13,476 nt of DNA from positions 1 through 13,476 of the forward strand of contig CAWBHS010000020.1 of NCBI GenBank assembly GCA_963788655.1, written 5' to 3'. Of this stretch, positions 1-6,582 are shown piece by piece. Each line of letters starts with the position of its first letter. Within the stretch, counting starts at the first letter, position 1. The position numbers and the translations under genes are program-made. The notes beneath the pieces were generated by a model. That model saw only the letters and a list, made by a program, of their open reading frames with translations, made no database searches and had not been told where the DNA came from. This DNA is from an uncultured Verrucomicrobiae bacterium (GTDB taxonomy: Bacteria > Verrucomicrobiota > Verrucomicrobiia > Limisphaerales > JAFGQR01).

Positions 1-750
1 CCAACGCTGCGTCTGTTCGCGGTGAAACCCCCGTCATGGTTAGCAGCCAAGGATGACGGTCATAATCACCCCGTGCTCGCCTGGCAGGCCTCCACGGACG
101 GCCCGCTGCTCGGCTACTACGTCTATCGCCGGTCCAATCCGAACGGGCCTTTCCGACGAATGACGCCCAATCCCGTCACTCAGACCACCTGGACGGATAG
201 CCGCGCCGCGTCAGGCACCGTGATCTACCAGGTGAAGGCCGTGAAGCTGGAGGCCACTGCCAGCGGCAGCTACCTCAATACCAGCCAGGCGGCCGCCGTT
301 ACGATCACTGCGCCGGGCGCGTCGGAAGTCATACCCGCCATGCCGCCGACCACCACCAACGGCCCCGGAACAATCTATCAGGTTTCGCCCGCGGCGGTCA
401 ACGAGGGGAACGCGGGGCCTACGAAAATGACCATCACCTGCCTGCGCGTTGGCGGTACCACGGGCCGTGTCGATCTGCGGTATGCCACGGTTGGCACCCC
501 GGCACCGGAGATCTGGCTGGGCATCTCCCAGGTTCTCGCCATCCCTGAGCTCGACTATGCGCCCACGCAAGGCACGCTCACCTGGGCCGATGGCGATATG
601 ACACCCAAGACCTTCGCGATCACCATCAAGGGCGACCAGCAGCCGGAACCGGACAAGTTCATCTCTATCCAATACCGAATCACCGCTGGCGACGCCACGG
701 GTGAACACCGGAATCGTTTCACAATTACATCCTCAACGATGACGACGTAA
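1..750 (+). CDS. 5'-truncated extracellular protein: fibronectin type III-like module plus Calx-beta domain; probable frameshift near the C-terminus
   Basis: Frame is open from base 1 (PTLRLFAVKPP...). FN3-like segment LAWQAS..LLGYYVYRRS..WTD..YQVKAV. Calx-beta-like segment VNEGNAG..RVGGTTGRVDLRYAT..DY..TQGTLTWADGDMTPKTFAITIKGD..PEPD. The expected terminal ILNDDD motif lies in another frame at 729-746. Confidence 0.8.
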   Translation, partial: PTLRLFAVKPPSWLAAKDDGHNHPVLAWQASTDGPLLGYYVYRRSNPNGPFRRMTPNPVTQTTWTDSRAASGTVIYQVKAVKLEATASGSYLNTSQAAAVTITAPGASEVIPAMPPTTTNGPGTIYQVSPAAVNEGNAGPTKMTITCLRVGGTTGRVDLRYATVGTPAPEIWLGISQVLAIPELDYAPTQGTLTWADGDMTPKTFAITIKGDQQPEPDKFISIQYRITAGDATGEHRNRFTITSSTMTT

Positions 751-966
751 CCGTTCCGGTGGGACGGTGAGCTATCCCTGGGAGACGCACCGAGATAATC
801 CCGGCAGCAACGAAGGTGTCCTGCTGTTCGCGGCTCTACCTGCCTGCCTTTCCCCTTGCTGACAGCGCCTCTTCCGCCAACCCCCACCCAGACGCAGAGG
901 GGCCTCCCCCACTGGGAAACCACTTCGCGCTGCGACCCACGCCCTACCGTCAGCCGTCCTGCCCAG

Positions 967-1011
967 CTCTTACCCCTCCTCCCCCCTGCCCCACTCTTAC
1001 CCCTCCTCCCC
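967..1011. repeat. 18-bp direct repeat CTCTTACCCCTCCTCCCC x2 within a C-rich low-complexity tract
   Basis: Identical copies at 967-984 and 994-1011. Confidence 0.85.
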
Positions 1012-1245
1012 TTCCCCGCCGAGACCCGTCGGACCCCGCGCCCGCGGGCTGCCCCTCCCTCTGGAACTCCCGCTGACGCGCATTCCGACGCGCCTCTCCG
1101 ATTCCAACGTCCGCGGAGCACCCAGCGCGCCAGGCCCCCTGCAACCCCGGCCTGTTACGCTGGCTGCTTCCGCTCGCGCCAGTTCGGACGTCCTCCCGCT
1201 GTCGCGACTCCGGATACCTCTCGCCCATTCCAACGCGCCTTGAAC

Positions 1246-1380
1246 CGCCTCCAAACGCACATCGACTATTGGCGGCATAGGGTGGTGATCAAAAGCACCC
1301 ACGACGTCCGGTTTGGCGTGAGCAGTTTGGATCCTCAAGCGGCTGATGCGACCGAGTTGCTCCAGTAGGTGCGTGGCTAT
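1246..1380 (+). pseudogene. ISAs1-family transposase internal fragment
   Basis: RLQTHIDYWRHRVVIKSTHDVRFGVSSLDPQAADATELLQ*VRGY resembles the ISAs1 segment (T/E)xRYxI(S/T)SLxxxxAxxxxLLxxVRGHWxIEN. In-frame TAG at 1366-1368. The match breaks off just before W-x-I-E-N. Confidence 0.7.
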
Positions 1381-1863
1381 TCCTGGGCACCGCGGCCAGC
1401 CGTTGCTTTGACACGCTGAACCGGCGGCCTTTGATGTGGCTGCGGTCGCCCGTGACGGCCTCGTCAGTGGCAACGCGCTGATCGAACCGGACCTGACCTC
1501 CTTGCTTTTTCGATTGGTGAAGAAAGATTTCTTTCGGGCGGTCCAGCAGCGCGGGGCGGGTGACGACCGCTTGGCCGGGTCATTGCCGACGAATAGCCCT
1601 TGGCAATGAACCCTTCGGATGCGGCGCAACTGGCGACCATGCGCAGCAAGTCGGGATTTGTCATGGCGACGACGCAGGGAATTTGTCTCTGGAACAACTG
1701 CGTGGGCTTCCGGCACCGGAAGTCCCTTCTGCTGAATTTCTGCAATGTAATTGCGATGAATTCCCGGGAGGACGAACTGAACGAGTTCTGCCAAAGAGAT
1801 CATCCCAATCCCCATCGGAGTTGCTCGGGTGGGCGAAGCCCAGTTCGCGCGCGAGGTCTTTGA
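1380..1863 (+). pseudogene. Type IV secretion coupling protein (VirD4/TraD-like, TraG-D_C / TraM-recognition region) pseudogene, C-terminal part
   Basis: Stitched across three frames: FLGTAASRCFD (from 1380) / AFDVAAVARDGLVSGNALIEPDLTSLLFRLVKKDFFRAVQQRGAGDDRLAG (1427-1579) / VIADE*PLAMNPSDAAQLATMRSKSGFVMATTQG..RKSLLLNFCNVIAMNSRE (from 1579). This gives a Walker B hhhDE, then RS-x-x-x-hhhxTQ and a downstream N, as in coupling ATPases. The 3' end is uncertain. Confidence 0.75.
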
Positions 1864-1966
1864 GTTGCCGTCGCAGGACGGCGCGCGCACAATGCTCCAC
1901 GAATTTGCTTTGGCCGGCCGAGGGCAGAGTCGAAGAAACTCTCCAACGGTTCTTGCCGCCGCCCGA

Positions 1967-2548
1967 TCAGGAGCTGATGAGTTCGCGTAAGACCTGCTGG
2001 GCTAGGCACCTCACTTCGCCGACTAGTTTGCGCTGGCCGCGCACCGCGGGTATGCGGTCGGTATACGGATACACGGATTGCCATGCCTCAATCGTTTCAA
2101 TCAGCTTTGCGGGCGCTCCCTGCCGCCGACGCAGAAAGAGCTGCGCGGCTAGGTCGGCGATCTCCACCTCATGCGCGGGACTGTCATTCGAATTGCCGGC
2201 AAGCTCAACCGAGTTATCGCCGTAGGTTTCGTGGTCGCGCCGCGATTCCCGCCGGCGTGTCATCGCCTCCGCTTTTGATGCCACAGCACCCCGTAGGTAA
2301 TTGGCGAATGCCTCCTTGCTTTGCACGTCTTTCAGGCGCGGTCGCCGACCCTCCTGGTCCGTTTCCAGTCCACGCAAAATCGACTCAAATGCCCGTTGGA
2401 CCACATCTTCTCCGGAACCGGGAGACAATCCCAGCGCTATCAAGCGGCTTTCGGCGAACTTAGTCAGTTTAGCGATGTCTTCTTCCGTTGTTTGTCGTAG
2501 AAGCGCTTCACCCAGCGCTAAGACCTCCGCGACGTTTGGGGTTTTCAC
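1967..2548 (-). CDS. Hypothetical protein, divergent sigma-70/ECF-like (region 2-like)
   Basis: Uninterrupted 193-aa ORF, predicted helical. GEDVVQRAFESIL...AFANYLRGAVAS resembles the ECF region 2 pattern AEDxVQExF...FxxWLxxI. Region 4 HTH is not clearly recognisable. Confidence 0.55.
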   Translation of the reverse strand: MKTPNVAEVLALGEALLRQTTEEDIAKLTKFAESRLIALGLSPGSGEDVVQRAFESILRGLETDQEGRRPRLKDVQSKEAFANYLRGAVASKAEAMTRRRESRRDHETYGDNSVELAGNSNDSPAHEVEIADLAAQLFLRRRQGAPAKLIETIEAWQSVYPYTDRIPAVRGQRKLVGEVRCLAQQVLRELISS

Positions 2549-2798
2549 GCACGCGCGTTTGGCGGCAATTCCTCAGCGCTTCTTTGGGGAGAGATTGAGG
2601 ATTGAGATTCAGCTCTGAACAAAGTGGCGTGACGAAAGAGAAAAAACCAGCGCGCGTGGTCGCAACTCGGCAAGAGCACAGCGGAACCCGATGTGGCCAC
2701 CAAACAAATGGAAGCGGGAAAGCCAGCCGCCGAACCCCAGCCGCCAAGCGCAGGTCAAGGAGTTGCAGGCGTGACGCCGGGCTTGCCACCCACCAAAT

Positions 2799-2885
2799 CC
2801 CCTCTGGGACTCTCAGGTAAGCTCGACACGATGCTTCGTCAGCAAACCAATCATGAAGTTCGGTCACCGTTTACGGATAGTCGTC
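2799..2885 (-). pseudogene. IS1595-family transposase N-terminal fragment
   Basis: DDYP*TVTELHDWFADEASCRAYLRVPEG resembles the IS1595 N-terminus DYPxTxxEFxxWFxxExxCRxYLxxLRWPEG. TAA at 2873-2871. The CPxC zinc ribbon is missing. Confidence 0.65.
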
Positions 2886-3537
2886 GGAAACTGGCAAAGC
2901 TCGTCAACCTCTTGGCAAGACCGGCAGCGGCTGCTATTGCTTTCAAATCTTCCAACAACCTTGCTTTTTTGAAGTGGCGCAACGACGAAAAGAGGAACCC
3001 GCCTCTGCCATGCGATAGCCGTTCAAGCACGGTGGTGAGTTCGGAGGCGAGGTCAACCGTAACGTCTTCCCCGTTTTCCTTGCACCGATAACGCAACTGG
3101 TTTTCCCGCCTCAGAACATTTTTCCACAGCAGACCTAACGCATCGTCAAGCCGGACGCTGCAATCCGCCATGAGCAAAACGAGGGCCTTCCATTCATCTG
3201 TCCCTGCCACAGCGACGAGTCGCCGCACGTCCTCGTTTGATACCAAGTAGGTTTCCGTAGAGGCCCGGATCGCCTGTTGGGCGACCCTCAGATGCATCTT
3301 TGCGGTCGCGCCGGAAACACTCTCGGCGAGCCAGCCGGCGTATCGTTCAACGTCGGAGGGTGTTATCTTTTCAACATCGACATCGCCCAGGAATTCCAAA
3401 AGGCTGGCGAGAGCCGCGACAGTTGTCTGCCGCGCGGTTGGCGTCATTGACCGGTCGGAGGTTGTCAAGGGGTCGGTCCCGACAATTGGTAATTCCTCGG
3501 AAACGATAAACGGGCGTGCTGGCGACTTTGGGGCCAT
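2851..3537 (-). CDS. Tyrosine recombinase/integrase-like protein, C-terminally truncated and catalytically degenerate (possible pseudogene)
   Basis: Core-binding-like region LLEFLGDVDVEKITPSDVERY...SGATAKMHL. Box I-like WKALVLLMADCSVRLDDALGLLWKNV. Box II reads SFASFRR where HSLRH is expected. The ORF ends before the LGH and catalytic Tyr region. GAAGGAG lies upstream. Confidence 0.75.
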   Translation of the reverse strand: MAPKSPARPFIVSEELPIVGTDPLTTSDRSMTPTARQTTVAALASLLEFLGDVDVEKITPSDVERYAGWLAESVSGATAKMHLRVAQQAIRASTETYLVSNEDVRRLVAVAGTDEWKALVLLMADCSVRLDDALGLLWKNVLRRENQLRYRCKENGEDVTVDLASELTTVLERLSHGRGGFLFSSLRHFKKARLLEDLKAIAAAAGLAKRLTSFASFRRLSVNGDRTS

Positions 3538-3550
3538 TGAATTCGTTTTG

Positions 3551-3680
3551 TCACTCCTTCTGGTCAGGCGGCGCCGACGGCAGTTCTGCCTTCACGGCAA
3601 GGTCGGAAGCGGCTTCGAGCCGCTGCTCGTGGTCCGCCACGTAACGGCGCCGTTCCTCCGGCGACCGAATTAGCGGGCCC
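3551..3680 (-). pseudogene. Start-less C-terminal fragment of an unknown island gene, directly upstream of the integrase-like ORF
   Basis: GPLIRSPEERRRYVADHEQRLEAASDLAVKAELPSAPPDQKE*, stop at 3553-3551, 13 nt before the integrase-like ATG. The frame is closed upstream by TAA at 3709-3707 and has no ATG. Confidence 0.4.
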
Positions 3681-3740
3681 GGCTTGGGCGTGGATATCGA
3701 CCCGGCTTACGTGATCAAACATCAGGCGGTAAAAGCCTGA
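3672..3740 (+). pseudogene. 3' tail of a mandelate racemase/muconate lactonizing (enolase superfamily) gene
   Basis: SGPGLGVDIDPAYVIKHQAVKA* matches the PxGPGLG(V/I)(D/E)IDxxxh terminal motif of MR/MLE enzymes. It is convergent with tig, and no upstream body of the gene is present. Confidence 0.65.
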
Positions 3741-3780
3741 CGAGGCAGAGTCCAAGCCAAATCCAAACGCACTGAAACCC

Positions 3781-3812
3781 GAACGCGGCGTACCACCGCG
3801 CGCACTCCCAAG
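3781..3812. repeat. Possible single REP-like palindrome between convergent genes
   Basis: CGCGG(3784-3788)-cgtacca-CCGCG(3796-3800) followed by CGCACTCCCAAG, recalling ...CCGCACTCCAAAG-type extragenic repeats. Only one copy in the window. Confidence 0.3.
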
Positions 3813-3848
3813 CTTGGCTGAATGAGGATTGTTTTCTGGAGCTCGCGC

Positions 3849-5162
3849 TTACGCCGGCGCGGGTGCCGCGTCTTCGATCTTGGCGTTGTCTTCCAGGAAA
3901 TCGATCACTTTCTCGTGGACGATTTGTTGGACGATTTCCGAGAGCCCGTCGCGCTTTTCCAGTTCCTTCAGGAATTTGGCGGGCGCCATTTTGTACGACT
4001 GGGCCAGCACCACCACCCGCGCATTCACTTCCTCCGGCACCGCCCGGATGCCTTCCTTGGCCGCTATCTTTTGGAACAGAAACGCCACCTTCACCCGTTC
4101 CCGCGCGTTTTGTGCCGCCGCCGTATAAATCTGGTCTTTTTGCTGTTCTATGACCTCACTCGCCACCCCGCGCTGCTGGTTCTCGCTCACAATCTCATAC
4201 ACGAAGTTGCGCGTCTCCTGTTGCACGATCACGTCCGGCAAATCGAATTGCACCCGGTCGAGCAGCGCGCGGACAATCTGGCCCCGCACCTCGCGCTTGT
4301 TCTTCGTGTTCAGTTCGTTTTGCAGATCCTGGCGCACGCCCTCCCGCAATTTGTCGAGCGTCTCCGTCCCGTAGGTGGCCGCGAACGCATCGTTCAATTC
4401 CGGCAGTTGCCGTTGCTTGACCTCGACCACCGTCACCGCGTAGTCGCCCTTTTTGCCGGCCAATTGCGGCGTGACGAAGTCGGCCGGGAACTCGACCGTC
4501 ACCGTGCGTTGCTCGCCCGCCTGGGCGCCGATCAATTGCATCGCAAATCCCGGAATGAACGAATCGGGTTTCACTTCCACCCAAAAATCCTTGTGTTCGT
4601 TCAAGCCGCGGGCGGCCGGCGCGGTTTCGAGGATCGGTTTGCCCTCGCAGGTGCCGGTGTAATTGACCACCGCATAGTCGCCTTCGGCAATCGCCCGCGC
4701 CACGGTCTCGAACTTGGCGGCTTGGCTCTGGAGCGCCTCGAGGGCGTGGGCCATGTCCTCCTCGGACACGGTGCGGCGTTCCCGCCGGGCGGGCAGCCCC
4801 CGGTATTCGGGTAACTCGAATTCCGGGGAGGTTTCCATCGTGGCCGTGAAAATCAGCGGCTGGCCCTGGGCGAACTGGACTTCTTCGACGTCCGGCGAAC
4901 CCACCACGTCGAGGTGGTGTTCCTGGACGGCCTGGCGGTAGCTGCTGCCGATCAGCTTGCGTTTGACTTCCGTGGCGATGCCCTCGGCATGCTGCTTGAC
5001 CACCATGGCCTGCGGCGCCTTGCCGGGCCGGAAGCCGGGCATGGCCGCATGTTTGCAGAATTCCTTCGTCACTTCCACGAAGGCTTGGTCCACCGCGGGG
5101 GCGGGCACTTCAAAACGGGCCAGCTTTTTGCAGGGGCCGAGGTTTTCAATTGTCACATTCAC
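3849..5162 (-). CDS. tig: Trigger factor (ribosome-associated chaperone / FKBP PPIase)
   Basis: MPGFRPGKAP ribosome-binding signature. FKBP domain GDYAVVNYTG..FIPGF..QLIG..GE..VTVEFPADF..LAGK. GTG at 5162 (MNVTIENLGPCKK) is a more typical start than 5192. Confidence 0.97.
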   Translation of the reverse strand: MNVTIENLGPCKKLARFEVPAPAVDQAFVEVTKEFCKHAAMPGFRPGKAPQAMVVKQHAEGIATEVKRKLIGSSYRQAVQEHHLDVVGSPDVEEVQFAQGQPLIFTATMETSPEFELPEYRGLPARRERRTVSEEDMAHALEALQSQAAKFETVARAIAEGDYAVVNYTGTCEGKPILETAPAARGLNEHKDFWVEVKPDSFIPGFAMQLIGAQAGEQRTVTVEFPADFVTPQLAGKKGDYAVTVVEVKQRQLPELNDAFAATYGTETLDKLREGVRQDLQNELNTKNKREVRGQIVRALLDRVQFDLPDVIVQQETRNFVYEIVSENQQRGVASEVIEQQKDQIYTAAAQNARERVKVAFLFQKIAAKEGIRAVPEEVNARVVVLAQSYKMAPAKFLKELEKRDGLSEIVQQIVHEKVIDFLEDNAKIEDAAPAPA

Positions 5163-5210
5163 GGGCGAAATCTTTCCATCAGGTTTGGTCAATACCGATC
5201 CACTACACTG

Positions 5211-5248
5211 CGCGGCTCCGGGGTGGGATCGAATCCCGCGAAGCCGCG
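5211..5248 (-). other. Stem-loop in the predicted tig 5' leader
   Basis: Minus strand CGCGGCTTCG...CGGAGCCGCG (10 bp, one G-U) encloses GGGA-TTCGA-TCCC. Confidence 0.5.
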
Positions 5249-5256
5249 AGCCTGGA

Positions 5257-5286
5257 AACCTAGAGGAGCCGACAACTGAGCGTCAA
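5257..5286 (-). promoter_or_regulatory. Putative sigma-70 promoter for tig
   Basis: TTGACG (5286-5281), 18-nt spacer, TAGGTT (5262-5257). Confidence 0.5.
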
Positions 5287-5471
5287 GTCTGCTTTCAAGG
5301 GAATTACGGGAACTTTGGTGTTGCTTGACGAAAAGGCCCGTTGGTAGCTTTTCGCGACATTTCCAAACAATGGCTATGAAACGCAGCACGATCAGCAACC
5401 GGGCACACTTGTTCTGCCGCGGACGGAGTCGTGCCAATCCAGATTGATGTTCCCCGACGCAAAGGATCACC

Positions 5472-6521
5472 ATGAGTAATCAAAACAACTTCCCCAAACT
5501 TCACAACGCCATGTGGCCCGGCCTGGTGGGCAAAGGCAGCCCCGGCGCCGAACCGTGTCTCGACCTGGACACCATGCTCGACTTGACGGCCAAGGCCAAA
5601 GTCAATGGCGTCAAATTCGACGGCGTGGACATTTTCCTGTTCGAACCGCACATCCCGATTGACGCCAGCGATAACGAGTTGAAACGGATTGCGGACAAGA
5701 TTCAACGGAAAGGCCTGGTGGTGGGCTCGGTGGTGGCGCCGATCTGGCCCCCCACGGGCGGCGGGTCAGCGATGGGCAACGAAGAAGAACGCCAGGCGTT
5801 TGTGGGGCAGGTCCGCAAAGGTTGCCGGATTGCCAAGGTGCTGCGCGACCTGGGGGTCCGTCCGCATGGCGTGGTGCGGATCGATTCCGCGTGCAGCGTG
5901 ACGGACTGGGACAAGGATCCCAAGGGCAACACCAAGAAAGTCATTGCCACGTTCAAAGAAGCCGCCAAGGTCGCCAAGGGCCACGGCGAACGGTTGGCGG
6001 CGGAAGGCGAAATCTGCTGGGGCGGCATGCACAGTTGGAAATACATGCTCCAGGTGCTGGAGGGCGTGAACCAACCCCGGCAGCTCGGCTTCCAGGCGGA
6101 CATGGCCCACACGCTGCTCTATGTGCTGGGCTTCAATGCGCCCGAACACCGGCTCGTCCCGGAGCAATTCAACTGGGAACCGGACAAGTTCCACGCCGCC
6201 ATGAAGAAGCTCACCCAGGCGCTGCGGCCCTGGACCATCGATTTTCATGTCGCCCAAAACGACGCCACCGTGCTCGGTTCGGGCAGCCACGAAAAGACCG
6301 GCCACCATTGCCTGGCCACCGATCCGAAGGGCAAGCTGAACATTGCCCGCGACGCCGGTTACTGGATGCGAGACGACGCCGGTAAAGTGACGAAGAAGTT
6401 CAAACACATCTGCTGGGACGGTTGCATGTTCCCGAACGACGTCATGATGCAACAACAAACGTGGAATGATATTCTCGCCGCCATGATCCAGGTGCGCGAG
6501 AACCACGGATGGAAAGCGTAA
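5472..6521 (+). CDS. Sugar phosphate isomerase/epimerase, xylose-isomerase-like TIM barrel (AP_endonuc_2 family)
   Basis: 349 aa with metal-ligand pattern LAAEGE...GFQADMAH...[16 protein letters not shown] upstream and strong GC3 codon bias. Confidence 0.9.
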   Translation: MSNQNNFPKLHNAMWPGLVGKGSPGAEPCLDLDTMLDLTAKAKVNGVKFDGVDIFLFEPHIPIDASDNELKRIADKIQRKGLVVGSVVAPIWPPTGGGSAMGNEEERQAFVGQVRKGCRIAKVLRDLGVRPHGVVRIDSACSVTDWDKDPKGNTKKVIATFKEAAKVAKGHGERLAAEGEICWGGMHSWKYMLQVLEGVNQPRQLGFQADMAHTLLYVLGFNAPEHRLVPEQFNWEPDKFHAAMKKLTQALRPWTIDFHVAQNDATVLGSGSHEKTGHHCLATDPKGKLNIARDAGYWMRDDAGKVTKKFKHICWDGCMFPNDVMMQQQTWNDILAAMIQVRENHGWKA

Positions 6522-6582
6522 TCGCAAGACTCGCCCGCGACGGCACCAGAAACACTTCGAACCCTGTCTAATCAATCAATCT

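Larger units (their letters stand above)
1246..3680. mobile_element. Decayed conjugative/integrative island remnant carrying IS scars (boundaries approximate)
   Basis: Cluster of a T4CP pseudogene, a tyrosine-recombinase-like ORF, ISAs1- and IS1595-like fragments and a truncated host gene at the right edge. No att repeat pair was found. Confidence 0.65.

Noticed and set aside
856..1368. 170-aa Pro-rich ORF as a real gene
   Set aside because: The N-terminal part is translated C-rich low-complexity DNA; only the last ~40 codons look like protein (ISAs1 fragment).
997..1890. 297-aa minus-strand ORF
   Set aside because: Antisense shadow of the ISAs1 and T4CP remnants plus low-complexity sequence; no recognisable motifs.
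2508..2867. 119-aa ORF as a complete transposase
   Set aside because: Only the first ~23 residues resemble IS1595; there is no zinc ribbon or DDE domain.
3687..3713. GVDIDPAYV as a DNA methyltransferase motif
   Set aside because: The preceding GPGLG and the stop eight codons later fit an MR/MLE C-terminus better.
750..3850. attL/attR direct repeats or IS terminal inverted repeats bounding the island
   Set aside because: No convincing pair was found by eye; a self dot-plot would be needed to exclude short ones.
3822..4814. 330-aa plus-strand ORF
   Set aside because: Antisense to tig; a typical high-GC shadow ORF.
5195..5290. Complete tRNA gene upstream of tig as an integration site
   Set aside because: No D arm or anticodon arm, and too short for a cloverleaf.
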